Part shown: positions 38,357 through 51,579 of the stretch, piece by piece
Numbering within the stretch: position 1 is the stretch's first letter
How the letters are laid out: each line of letters opens with the position of its first letter
The notes under the pieces: generated by a model
Databases searched by the model: none
Told to the model about the DNA's origin: nothing
Seen by the model: the letters and a program-made list of their open reading frames with translations, nothing else
From: Mizuhopecten yessoensis
Lineage: Eukaryota
Length of the DNA: 64,000 nucleotides
Assembly (NCBI RefSeq): GCF_002113885.1
Contig: NW_018405338.1
Location: 577,888 to 641,887, forward strand
Direction: 5' to 3'
Translations under genes and position numbers: made by a program

Positions 38357-40082
38357 TATATCACAGAAGCAATTATTAGTCCTTTTTAATATTTTTGCTG
38401 TTTGTTTGTCTGTCTGTCTGTCTGTCCATCATTCATTATGTCTGGGTCTTATTTGATATACTTTGTTGCCTACAATTGCCAAACATATTATACTTGCTTA
38501 GAATTATTGAAGTATTATGAACTGAAATTAGTTTTCGTTTTAAAACATATACAGGTGTATTGCCCTTTATTCATCACTGATCACTTTGAGACATTTTTTG
38601 ACTCAGTCACTTAATTAACAAATTTTGTATGTGAGTGCTTCTTGGCATGGTGGAGTGCCATGGGGTCTTGTGCCCCATAATACAGAATTATATCCCTTTG
38701 AACAAAGTTATTCCTGAGAGGACAGACTATGTTTTACATGTAGCACTTTGTATTGTTCATACATAAGATGTACTTGTCAAAGAGAATTGCAGATTAGAAT
38801 TCTCATAAATCGGCGCAGGAAAATCAGCTGATGAAGAAAAAATGTTACGAAATACAAAAAAATATACAGTTCTGCATAATTTACAACCAATATATCTGAG
38901 TTAAATCTATAAATAATGAAAAAAAACCCCAAATTTGTGACTTCTTGTTTCACAGACTGATCTGAACAGAAGACTTGATTTGTTCCACAGCTGATTATAT
39001 TTACCAGTTTTGCTCTTTTATATGACCTTAAAATCATAAGAAGCGTCTTCCTATTTTCAACACAGACTTTTATGTCAGAAACAGTTTTGAAATTGGAACC
39101 AAATATTTACAGTTATCTCAAGCATAAGAGAATAAAAGCTGATGCCTCATTGTAAAATCAAATGACAGCAGTTTTGGCATACACATTTAATGAGATTATT
39201 TTACAGTTATATACATAACTTCAAATTTCTTTTGGGAGTATAAATTTTGACAAACATTTTACTCATTAAAAATATATTTGATTTTTTTTTTACTTGAAAG
39301 TTTGTATTCTTGAAGACATTTAATTGTTCTTCTTCTTTTCTTTGTATAAAAATCTTGATCAGTTTGGAGAACTTAAATAGTTTAAAGAAATAACACATCT
39401 TGCTTGTTTATTTGAAAGTGTTTGCTGCTTTAGCAAAATTCTGATGCAAATTGATGTGATTGTTCCTACAAGGGTGATATCTTTCCAATGTAATGATCAC
39501 CTTATTCGTTACGTTCAGGGTGCCATGTATCCCAGGGGTCTCTTGTTCATGTAAGTTGTATTTTAATTTGTAACTGTTGCCTACTAAATATAGAGGATAG
39601 AATATAAGGTAAATCAACGACATAGAAGAGACCTTAGGTAATTCTTTCAGCAAACTTGTTGCTATGGAAACTTGCAAGAAACTAAAATGTTTAAGAGACG
39701 GAAACCTAGCAAGGTTTTATTGTTATTTTAAGTTAAAGTGATTACAATTGATATAAAATGTGAACAGTTTGTTTGTTTTTGAGATGATGTTTCGATTTTA
39801 TGGTGAACAATCTTTTTCCTTGGGATTTTAGCTAGGAGTCAAAAAAATATTTAAATGTGAATCTGTGAATTCCATATCAGACTTCTTGTTAGATAAGGAC
39901 GAACCACTCCAAATATTAAGTTTTTCCTGATACTTGCGGTATCATTGGTAAATGTTTACTTCTTCATTAGGCATGAAGAGAGGTTTCAAAACGGCAACTG
40001 CATTCATAGCCCAATGAATGCAATTTCTTCTGGTAAATTATATTGTGACATTCAACAAAAACATAATAACATTCAGTCTTGT

Positions 40083-40665
40083 TTTATTAGCTCACCTGGC
40101 CCGAAGACCAGGCTGATGGTATTTGGCCAGTAGCATGCTTGGAAGAAGGGCTACCTAGTTTGTACAAATGAATGACATTGACTCACTTTCAAGGTCACAG
40201 GGGTCAAATGTTGTAAAATCTTCAAACGACTTCTTCTCGAAAACCAAAAAGCACAGGGTACTGATACTGGCCCTGTAGCATGCTTGGATGAAGGGCTACA
40301 AAGTTTGTTCAAATGAATGGCATTGACCTACTTTCAAGGTCACAGGGGTCAAATGTCGTAAAATCTTCAAACCACTTCTTCTCAATAACCAAAAGGCACA
40401 GGGTACTGAAATTGGGCATTAAGCATGCTGGGATGAAGGACTACCAAGTTTGTTCAAGTGAATGACCTTGACCCACTTTTAACCTAATGTCCTTGTTTGA
40501 CATTCAAGGTCACAGGCGTCATACGTTTAAATCTTTTAATAGCTTCTTATGAATCAAACACTGATATTCTGCCTGTAGCTGTATTTTAGTCCACTTTTAA
40601 GATTATTATAAGTGTGAGATTAATACCAGGTGAGCGATGCAGGCCCGCCCATTGGGCCTCTTGTT
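40083..40665 (+). mobile_element. HINE element with 145-bp internal repeats
   Basis: GCTCACCTGG 40090-40099 / CCAGGTGAGC 40626-40635; 3' hairpin AGGCCC...GGGCCT + CTTGTT; repeats start at 40131, 40276, 40421. Confidence 0.85.
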
Positions 40666-40711
40666 AGGATCATCATACTAATGCCAAAAACTGCAACTTT
40701 GCATTGGAAAC

Positions 40712-41649
40712 AGTTTTTATACGCCCGTCGAAGACGGGGACGTATTATGTTATCACGCGGATTAACTTCAAACTTCACAACAAGGTTAATTACCATGAAA
40801 CCTCGGACAAGTTCGATAACCGCCATTATCCGACCATAATTTGTGGAGTAATGCCCCTTTATGGTTTTGCCGAAACAGTGTCCGCTCGATATCTCGAGTA
40901 ACTATTAACAGATTAACTTCAAACTTCACAACAAGGTTAGTTACCATAATATCTCGGACAAGTTCGATAACCGCCATTATCCGACCATTATTTCTGGAGT
41001 TATGCCCCTTTATGGACTTGCCGAAACAGTGTCCGCTCGATATCTCGAGTAACTATTAACAGATTAACTTCAAACTTCACAACAAGGTTAGTTACCATAA
41101 TATCTCGGACAAGTTCGATAACCGCCATTATCCGACCATAATTTGTGGAGTAATGCCCCTTTATGGTTTTGCCGAAACAGTGTCCGCTCGATATCTCGAG
41201 GAATTATTAACGGATAAACTTCAAACTTCACAACAAGGTTGACTACCATGAAACCTCGGACAAGTTCGATAACCGCCATTATCCGACCATAATTTCTGGA
41301 GTTATGCCCCTTTATGGACTTGCCGAAACAGTGTCCGCTCGATATCTCGAGTAATTATTAACGGATTAACTTCAAACTTCACAACAAGGTTATTTACCGT
41401 AGAAGCTTGGACAAGTTTGATAACCATTATTATCCGACAGTAATTATTGGCGTTATTCCCCTTGATTTCATAAATGCGATGCATGCGTTCCATGATGTTG
41501 TATTGCACTCATTGATCTACCAGTTATGTTGAATTATTTCTCTTTTAATATCAATTACTCACAAATACTTCATATATTTCAATCATACAAACAACTGCTC
41601 ATTCAATGTGTGACGGGCGTATTATATACCGCTCGCGGTAACCTTGTTA
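40712..41649 (+). mobile_element. HINE element with 151-bp internal repeats (~4.5 copies)
   Basis: TACGCCCGTC 40720 / GACGGGCGTA 41612; 3' hairpin TACCGCTCGCGGTA + CTTGTT; ATTAACTTCAAACTTCAC at 40761, 40912, 41063... Confidence 0.9.
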
Positions 41650-41769
41650 CGATATATAACTGTAGCTTTGATAAATCATTTCTGAAAAGAAAACCAAGCT
41701 GCACCTAGCAGGACTTTGATGATGAAAATAAAGACGAAATAAAAACAAAATATTATCAACAGCAGTGTT

Positions 41770-41966
41770 CGGAGTGTAAATATTTAGTGAGCCTAGATCG
41801 GGATTAAAACCCTGAACTTCAAATTGTTATACTATCGCTCTAACAGACTGAGCAACCTGATCAACGAAAGTGTCCTAGACCAACTATGCCACAGTTATAG
41901 CCAAAACAAAGTTAAGGGGAGGCTACTCTACATACGAAAAAATTGCAGTGAGACAGGGATCGTTAA
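41770..41966 (-). mobile_element. Reverse copy of the 13608 repeat family
   Basis: CCAAAACAAAGTTAAGGGGAGGCTACT at ~41901; reverse A/B-box segment 41790-41860; end GACAGGGATCG|TTAA. Confidence 0.7.
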
Positions 41967-42359
41967 ATGATGTGGCGAATGCTTTTGTTGTGCATTGTTG
42001 TTTATGATGTAGTTATTTTCCCAGTTTTCTAAAATTGCTTCAATATTTCCTAATAGAAAAAGTGCAGGACTCTGGTGAAATTGGCTAGAAAGATCACAGA
42101 TTCATAATGGAAAAGCTATATGTTAAAGTTCAAAAGTATAAAGTTTTCACGTTCTTATGAAACAACTGTTGGAACAAAATTGTGATTGGTAACCTTTCTT
42201 GTCTCGTATCTTCCAACTTGTATTTCGGTAACAGCACAAGAAATACTAAACAAAAAATACAGGCCCTTTGTGCCTCTTGTATAAGTGTTTTACAACATCT
42301 CAACACTAACCACTTGTGCACAACTGTGACTTCAGTTTTATCTTAGTTTTAACATAGCC

Positions 42360-42685
42360 GCAGGTAGTGCAGGCCCCATGGACTGTTTGTTATTAAATCC
42401 ACAGGTAATACAGGCCCCATGAGACTGTTTGTTATTAAATCCACAGGTAATGCAGGTCCCATGGGACTGTTTGCTATTACAATCACAGGTAATGCAGGTC
42501 CCATGGGACTGTTTGCTATTACAATCGCAGGTAATACAAGCCCCATGGGACTGTTTGCTATTACAATCACAGGTAATACAAGGCCCATGGGACTGTTTGC
42601 TATTACAATCACAGGTAATACAGGCCCCATGGGACTGTTTGTTATAACAATCACAGGTAATACAGGCCCCATGGGACTGTTTGCA
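42360..42685. repeat. 42-bp minisatellite, ~8 copies
   Basis: Unit CAGGTAATACAGGCCCCATGGGACTGTTTGCTATTACAATCA. Confidence 0.95.
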
Positions 42686-44607
42686 TGACATTTATGCAAC
42701 ATGTCAGTAACAATGTACACATGTACTCTTATGGAGCGATGACACATTCTTTTATGCGAACTCTGGTGTTCTTGCATGTACAGCATTGTTGACCTTTAAC
42801 CTTCTAAGACTGTCGGCTGAACACTGTCATACAGGATTATCTCTGGACGGGATTAGCTCCGACTTTCTGCGACTTTTATCTACAGATGGCATCCTCAGTA
42901 CGGGGGATTAGGTAGAAAACCATCTTAGATAAAATCGTTTTTGCATTCCAAGGAGCCGAAACAAAAATCTTTGCTACATTCCAACAGAATTCTGCCTAAT
43001 TTCTATGACGTACCAGATGTTTGATGATTCTGCCGGCATAACCTCTAATTTCCGTATCTTGTCCCTGTGATGTCATGTAACAGTATCCCAAACCAAGGTC
43101 TTTCTTGATACCATTTTTGCATTGTAATGTAATAAAGCACATCTCTCTGTCTTTCTATCCAATATCAGAATATCAGCCAGAACTGTTACTCCGAAGTATA
43201 ATTTCATTAATGGCGGTGACATTGCTGATCTAGAGGAAGTGATTCAAAATTGTTTTTAAAATTTTTACCGATTTGACAAAGATGAAAAGAAAAATAAAAT
43301 TGTCTGAATAAAATTTTGCTTTTAAGTTTTTCCTGCTTTAGCTGATAGATTGAACAATGATATCTTAGATTAAAAGCAATAATCTTGTTTTTAGCTCCAT
43401 GGAGATTTTGGAGATTTTGTTGTTTTGATTTCCTGGTAATATATGAGCCCATAGCAAATAGGAGATATGTAGTATTATGTAAGAGCTTGAAAGAGGCGAG
43501 TTCTAGGAAGTGACTTAGAAATTGTATGCATTATTTCATTCATATTCAACTATCACAATGACTTTGGCTGTTTATGGTATATATATATATATATACGATT
43601 TCCATTATTATAAAGTTTTTAATGAGATTCTTCAAATGTAAGCAGTCAATTTCCTATTATTGAAATTCAAATAATTATCAATTCTAGTGATTCCAATTAT
43701 AAATCCCATATTTAGATTTCTATTCACGAAGATAGAATATTTTTTCTGGTATTACGCAGATTTGAAAGGATAAGTCGTGGGTTGATGTGCAAGGGAATTT
43801 ATTTGCAATGACTGGAATTTGAATAATTATGATCTTCAGGTTTTGTTGAAGTATTCCATGTTACTTTCTGAGTCATGGAATGTGACTAATTTGAGGAAAG
43901 TGTTTCTAGGACAATATCAGATTTATTTCATGGTCATTGGTTCAGAAATCGGTCAGTCATGGCCGTTATCGCTTTGGTCTTCATTGTTCAAAACAGACCC
44001 GGACAATTAGCCATTAATCGCTGCTGGCTAGTCTCCTTTTCTCCGATTGGTTGTGTATCCTGTTCATTAAACATTCGAGATTGATGTCGTTGATTTCATT
44101 GTCCTATTCTACTGATCTAATTAATGGGAGAACTAATGGAATCTAATTACGTTAATCAGTTCCATCATACAATGGAAATGTTGTATTACATCTGTGGTGT
44201 AGAAGACGGTATTTAAAACACAATGTCGAAATCTTGATCAAACGAAATGGAATGTTAGCTAGAGTTCAGTCATGCATGAATACCGTAAGTTACATGTTGA
44301 GAGCCCTGGGCTACGCTCTAAGTTCAAAACGGGGTAAAATTCAGTCCAGTGTCACTAATCATGGTCTCAAATATGATAATATATGTGTAGAAGAATAATC
44401 AAAGCGTACAGTTTAGGCTTATAGATATAGATACCATATAATAGTATAAATTTTACTTTGTAATCAATTAAAAACATGATTGGTGTAAACTGTAATCACT
44501 TGAGAACCTGCAGATTAGTGTAATGATAGCAAAGAATAATCTAGGTTGATAATTAATGTTTCATGTTCTCTGTTCATCTAGATCTGGCACTGGCTTTTAC
44601 TGTATAT

Positions 44608-44803
44608 AACAAACACCTGTCTATAATGGACCCTTCCATATCTGGTCTAGGTATATTTTCTGTCTATAAAAACACCTGTCTATAATGGACCCTTCCATAT
44701 CTGGTCTAGATATATTTTCTGTCTATAAAAACACCTGTCAATAATGGACCCTTCCATATCCGGTCTAGGTATATTTTCTGTCTATAAAAACACCTGTCTA
44801 TAA
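44608..44803. repeat. 59-bp tandem repeat, ~3.3 copies
   Basis: Unit AAACACCTGTCTATAATGGACCCTTCCATATCTGGTCTAGGTATATTTTCTGTCTATAA. Confidence 0.92.
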
Positions 44804-45670
44804 TTGTTAATTCAGAACCTTTTTGTTTGTTTATATATAACAGCTGTGGTATATGTCATATGACACAACAATTTTGTCAATATATTTCAATTGCACCCAC
44901 AGGTTTGGCAGATTTTCACTTGACACAAACTCTTGCGTCATCACTTGTTTTCGTTTTTTTATATCACCTTTTTAATACCCTAAAGATCTGTGAAACACTT
45001 TCTGCAGCCTGTTACAGAGAACTGCCGGAGTGGGAGCGTTTCAGTCTGCAGTTTAAATTATACGTTGTCAATGAAACGGGTCAGAGTTTTTTCTGTGGTC
45101 TGTGTTTTTACCATCATCCTCAGATATGCCTCTGACAGATGGTTCAAATGTGTCAGGGGCATTAGATCTTCACAGGGCAGTGACTGCCAAATCTTTCCTG
45201 TTTCATTCTCCGCAGATGACGACCTTCTCAAAACCGATGTTTTTCAGCGCTTTATGATTTGTATACGCTCATTAGATATGGTAGACTGCTTTTCAAAACA
45301 GATCAGTTGTGCAAGGTTATGAAGCTTATATACATGTATATATAAAAGGATACAGATGCAAAAAAGATGCATGCTTGCATACAAGACGATCATGTGGATT
45401 TCCAAAGAACTGGCACACAGCCTTTGCTGTGCACTCTACAAAACCCAGATTGCAGCGAATATCTACATGACAGATCTAGACGCGTAACAATTTTTAAGGC
45501 TATATACTAGCTTCTTGAGTATGACATGCTCCTCCTTCACAAAAGAGTTTCAAAGTAAGATACTCATTAAATATCTTTTAAGAATGTGAACTTGTGCAAT
45601 TTGCTAAGGACATATTTGAAAGGTTCTGAAGAAAACGTCCTTGATAAAAGAGGTAATCCCACATGAATCA

Positions 45671-46172
45671 AAGATTTGAAGGTACCTTATAGCCTTAAGA
45701 ATTATACCAAGATTTGAAGGTACCATATAGCCTTAAGAATTATACCAAGATTTGAAGGTACCATATAGCCTTAAGAATTATACCAAGATTTGAAGGTACC
45801 ATATAGCCTTAAGAATTATACCAAGATTTGAAGGTACCATATAGCCTTAAGAATTATACCAAGATTTGAAGGTACCATATAGCCTTAAGAATTATACCAA
45901 GATTTGAAGGTACCATATAGCCTTAAGAATTATACCAAGATTTGAAGGTACCATATAGCCTTAAGAATTATACCAAGATTTGAAGGTACCATATAGCCTT
46001 AAGAATTATACCAAGATTTGAAGGTACCATATAGCCTTAAGAATTATACCAAGATTTGAAGGTACCATATAGCCTTAAGAATTATACCAAGATTTGAAGG
46101 TACCATATAGCCTTAAGAATTATACCAAGATTTGAAGGTACCATATAGCCTTAAGAATTATACCAAGATTTG
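45671..46172. repeat. 38-bp minisatellite, 13 near-identical copies
   Basis: Unit AAGATTTGAAGGTACCATATAGCCTTAAGAATTATACC; I see only one substitution, in the first copy. Confidence 0.97.
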
Positions 46173-47799
46173 TCTTTCATATGCCTTGGTGCTGTTTGTA
46201 TTGGAAAAAGTATCATTTATGGCAAATATTTTGAGTATCTTCCAAAGTGTTTTCTGATATATTAATATTTTTGGTATTTTTTTCTCCCCCGCCTTTGGAA
46301 GAAAACGAGAGATATTAATTTCAACTAGAAATGTTTTAAAATGTCATATACCACAGTAATAAAATCCTGTCTTGAGAAGTAATTGTCTTCTTTGAAAGAT
46401 TATTTTTATGACAATATCCGTGAGGTTGAGAAGAAAGCAGGATGGACATGTTGTGAGTGACCACTTACGTTGAAAGACCACTTTTCCATAAAAGGAAAGA
46501 AGGGTCTCTCAAGACAGAGTCTACCATACCTCAGAACCTAATCTGAATTTCTTGTCATAAAGTTAATTTTTAACTCAAGTCCGAAAACTCAAAATCTTGC
46601 ACATACGGAATAACATTTTTGAAAAGCTCCAGAATTAAAACGACAAAGCCATTGTACAAATAAGAAATGTTATCTAATATAGATGACCACAGTTCAGCAA
46701 CTTTTAAACTTAAAGCTTTCATTTTTTTTCTAACAAAAGTCAACTTTAGATTATGGCATACAAGTACAGATGTACTGGTAATATTGTAATCCTCGTATTT
46801 TTTGATATCTTTAATTTAGATGAAAAACTAATGTTCATTAAACATAACACTAATTGAATATCTGATTCGGGGCAAGGGTGTCAGTTTCAGCTTTCGACTT
46901 CAAACAACTTGATCTTGTATTTTCGGGTGAATCATATTATTTTTCAAATAGGCCCCTCCCATTTTACCATAATCAGCCCAGAGCAATGCAAGAACGAAGA
47001 AATAGTGTGTCTCCTGGGGGCCATATATCTCTGGCTATGAAACCATGTCAAAATTGACACACACACACGAAAAAAAAAGTCAGATTTTTTTGTTTGAAAC
47101 TGATAATTTTGAACACTCCACATTTTGTGTGGCAGATGAGCGATTGGTATTAATTGCTGTGGTTAAGTGTTTAACGGCCGCACAGGGATATGGTAATTTA
47201 AGTCGGACTGATAACGGGCGTCTAATTACTGCTGTTCTTCATAACTCTGCTCATAACATGGAACACGACTTACGTTTCCATTGTGATGTCACAACATTTT
47301 AACTGATCGTATAAACAATCAATGTCTAAGTATTGTCTTTGATAATTTTTACAATGGTTAACATTTTTTTTTTGAAAGTTTTGTGTGTTTGGAAATTAAA
47401 AAAGCATTTAAATTTGCTACAGTTCTTTTCGATTTGAAAAACAAAAGATAGCTTTCATGTGACAGTTGTTGAGTTGCATTGAAGTTTTTGTATATTGATA
47501 TGTAGGGTAGTATTGTGTGTACTGAAAAAAAGCAAATGTCAATTTTAATTTTTCAATGGTATGTCAATTTCAAAATTGATGTTTTAATTGTGTGACTCTG
47601 TACTTGAAACATTTGTTGGATTACCATTGAATTAGAGAGAATTGAAAAGTTTTGCCACTCGTATCAGAAAATATTGAAATATTGAAACCTGTCTAACCTC
47701 ATCTTTGAGTATTCAGAAAACCTGTCTAATATAGAGCCTTAGTCCTATTTGTAATGAAAACTACCAAACAAGACCTGTGTAATCTGACCTTGTGTCAAA

Positions 47800-48795
47800 A
47801 CTGACCAATTTGTTGTGTCCCACAGTGTCGGATTAGTCAGGATACTATGACAATATGTTGTGTTCTGCAGGGTTTCAGATTAGACAGGTTAATCTGAAAA
47901 TGTTTTGTCCCACAGGGTGTCTGATAAGAAAGGTTAATATGACCATATGTTTTGTCCCACAGGGTGTCAGATTAGACAGGATAATATGACAATATGTTGT
48001 GTTCTGCAGGGTGTCAGATTAGACTTATGGCAATCTTTTGTCCCACAGGGTGTCAGATTAGACAGGATAATATGATAATATGCTGTGTTCTGCAGGGTGT
48101 CAGATAAGACAGGTTAATCTGACAATGTTTTGTCCTGCAGGGTGTCAGATTAGACAGGTTGATCTGACAATGTTTTGTCCCTCAGGGTGTCAGATTAGAC
48201 AGGTTAATCTGACAATGTTTTGTCCCACAGGGTGTCAGATTAGACAGGATAATATGACAATATGTTGTGTTCTGCAGGGTGTCAGATTAGACAGGTTAAT
48301 ATGGCAATGTTTTGTCCCACAGGGTGTCAGATTAGACAGGATAATATGACAATATGCTGTGTTCTGCAGGGTGTGGGATAAGACAGGTTAATCTGACAAT
48401 GTTTTGTCCTGCAGGGTGTCAGATTAGACAGGTTGATCTGACAATGTTTTGTCCCTCAGGGTGTCAGATTAGACAGGTTAATCTGACAATGTTTTGTCCC
48501 ACAGGGTGTCAGATTAGACAGGATAATATGACAATATGTTGTGTTCTGCAGGGTGTCAGATTAGACAGGTTAATATGGCAATGTTTTGTCCCACAGGGTG
48601 TCAGATTAGACAGGATAATATGACAATATGCTGTGTTCTGCAGGGTGTGGGATAAGACAGGTTAATCTGACAATGTTTTGTCCTGCAGGGTGTCAGATTA
48701 GACAGGTTGATCTGACAATGTTTTGTCCCTCAGGGTGTCAGATTAGACAGGTTAATTTGACAATGTGTTGTCCCACAAGGTGTCAGATTAGAGAG
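47800..48795. repeat. 45/47-bp minisatellite with a 274-bp higher-order repeat
   Basis: Unit CAGGGTGTCAGATTAGACAGGTTAATCTGACAATGTTTTGTCCCA; the variant order recurs at 48080, 48354 and 48628. Confidence 0.95.
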
Positions 48796-50199
48796 ATATA
48801 AGCAAACCTGACCATTTTGTTATGTACCAAAAATAAACACATTGACCAGCAATAAGCCCATGCCTGGTGATAGGCCCAGTCTCTTGTAAACAGATGTTAT
48901 AAATGAGGTTCGTCCTGGATTGAAAATCTTTTTGCATGAATGGTTTTCCAATTGAGGAATTTTAGCCCAGGGATTGGTATAACTCCCTTACTAAGGAACC
49001 GACCTCCTGTTATCTCATAAGAAATAATAACAACTAAGGACTAGACCCTACATTTGTCACAGCTAACATCTGTTAGTCTAATTAAACAAATTACACCTAC
49101 AAACAATGATGAGGTAATGTTGACATCCCGAGGACTATAGGGGTCATTATCTGCTCCGTATTGATCATTAACGTGATTCATCCAATATTGATATTGTCTG
49201 CACACGTATACAAGATCCCGAATGATTCAGATCAATCTGTTCCCTTCTGGCTAAACATACATGCAGGGTCAATATTAAATCGTTCTAAAATTCCAAATTG
49301 ATCATTGACTATAGTGACATCACTAATGAATCCACTTAGCAACTGTGACACGTTCCCTAGCAACAGACGATGAAGCCTCTTTAAGCCTCTTTGTGGTAAA
49401 CCGGACAATTTGTGAAAGTCTAATTTTGATTTGATAGCTTGGGAGATAATAATTATCAGGAGGTACTTGTAAAATTATTGATTTATTGATAAATGTCTTG
49501 GGTGAGGTATATTTGTGATTGGAACCTGTGGGGAAGAATGCTGGACACATACATACATACATATATATACATATAGCCAGTGTCCATTTTGTGGTGGCTG
49601 TTTAGATGTGACCATATTACACTGTATGGGTGGTATGTTTTAAGAATTGTAAATTGGAGTAAACTTCAGCCCCACACTTGCAATTACGCTCTCATAATAC
49701 AATATGGCTGATGATGAAAGGGTGGTCGGAGCAATATAAACAAAGTAAGATTTTGGCAGACACGATTTAGACCTGGAGATTCAGACCATGAAGAGCTCAC
49801 GTACAGCTGGAAATATTAACCCAAGAATGACAGAGGAAAAAATGACCAGGAAATTGTAAAAAGATAATTTGGTGGAAATTTCACTCGAGATTTTGTGTAA
49901 TAAAATCACATAAAAACCTTTTTTGTTGCTTCTCCAACAGTGAAGCCTTGCTAATTTGGATAAAAAAATGTTTTGGACCACAGAGTTTGTTTCTGTTTTT
50001 AAACTGAATTTGGGCAGAAATCCCATATTTTCTTTTCTGTGAAAGACATATTGTTTACTTAGATCATACATGGCGGGAATTTTGTTGGAAGTTGGACCGA
50101 CAACCTCACTTCCTCATTAAATGCTTTTCGTGGTTTTGGAACAATTGGAACATGCGTGGCACTTTGTTGATTTTAATACTGTAATTGTACCGGCATCAT

Positions 50200-50360
50200 T
50201 ATATTCCCTTCAGTGGCTTCATTCATGAATTTCGGCCAATCAGCTGGAGTGAAGGGGTACGGAGCCTGTCGTCTGCTTCGGAGGGAAGTTTGAGCCAGGC
50301 TAGTGCTGTATGGTATATATATACACAGCTGGTATTACTCACGGTTTGAATCAGCGTATG
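50200..50360 (+). promoter_or_regulatory. Candidate promoter for the 50993 exon
   Basis: NF-Y-type GGCCAATCAG (CCAAT 50236-50240), TATA-like TATATATATA at ~50314, locally GC-richer. Confidence 0.45.
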
Positions 50361-50992
50361 AACTCATCATCTGTATCGCAATCTTGTGAAATACTTATGC
50401 ACTACACACACGAACTTTCACTCCAATTTGACGGAATTTTGAAAGTGGTTGCCTCTGGAACAATTCTCTGATTTCATGTCAGCAAAAAATTGTGTACTTA
50501 TTCTGTGATTTTGGAAAAGATTTTCAAGATTTTTGACAATATGGTTTGTTAGAAAGATGTGCTAGTTTCCTGTATGTGTATGTATTTTGTGGTATACCTG
50601 TTATTGTGGGTGGGTACAGCTAGCTAACAGACCTGTTGTTGCCGTGGGCTACAAGTGTCATTATGGACTTCTCATATCATCATAAATGTTCGACCATTGG
50701 AAGTATGCAGCTGTGATTCGAATTTGTATTTAATTATTTCATCTTTGACAAAGTGGATTTTTGAATATCTTCAAAAAGATAGGATTCTTTACAATTAAGG
50801 ATTACAATTGTTTGAATTATGGGAAATTGTTTCTGGAAGTGTGTCTGTGATCTTTATCAATATGTTTAAAGATTTTCAATATTGTGAATCAATCATGGGA
50901 AATGACCATTACTTTGCAACATAATTTCATCATCAGTACGATTTGTGTGGATATTTTACAATACTGATCACATCCAAACAATAACATTCATC

Positions 50993-51055
50993 ATGGTTCT
51001 GGAATATATCGTCACAGTGTGGGATTCAGCCGAACCCAAGACATTTAATGCTGAG
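50993..51055 (+). CDS. Candidate alternative first coding exon, MVLEYIVTVWDSAEPKTFNAE, phase-0 donor
   Basis: Kozak ATCATGG, upstream in-frame TGA at 50903, consensus donor GAG|GTAAGT at 51056. Confidence 0.6.
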
Positions 51056-51579
51056 GTAAGTATTGGAACAACCTAATTTAGAAACTCCTGATCAAATACA
51101 ATCTTCAGTCCTCAAAATTCAAATGTATGCAATGTAATGTATAATGGTGTCAATTTCATGTGGAAAGAAACTAACTACTAACCTTGAAGTTGATGAACTG
51201 ATATTTAAATCAATATTCAATTTCATGTAGAAATTGACATCTGTTGATGAAATTAAAGGGATTTTTTTTTTTCTTTTTTTTTTTTAATTTAATTTGTTTG
51301 TTTGAGTTGTAACTTTCACAGAAAGATGTCTTTAACATTCAATTTGAACCTATGTTTTCAGATTCTATCAGAATATAAAATAATTGCTGTTCTTAATTTT
51401 GAGAGAATTTTAATGTCAAATATGTATTGATGCCAGGATTCTGGTAACACTTGAACAGCTTGATTATAAAGATCTTAGTCTGTTGGTGGTCAAGTTGTAA
51501 ATGTCACTGTCGGCTAATGGTAAAAATATGTATGTATCCAAAAATCTTGTCTGATTACCTGTATTTCTTCTTTGATTAA

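Noticed and set aside
40620-41508. Cluster of similar 63-72-aa ORFs
   Set aside because: Translations of the 151-bp internal repeats of a HINE.
42338-42786. Cys/His-rich repetitive ORFs resembling metallothionein or zinc fingers
   Set aside because: Translations of a 42-bp minisatellite open in several frames on both strands; no splice or promoter support.
45671-46172. CRISPR-like regular 38-bp repeats (also the 31-32-bp arrays)
   Set aside because: Head-to-tail units with no unique spacers, no cas genes, eukaryotic context.
48080-48623. Two near-identical Cys-rich 89-aa ORFs
   Set aside because: Products of the 274-bp higher-order repeat.
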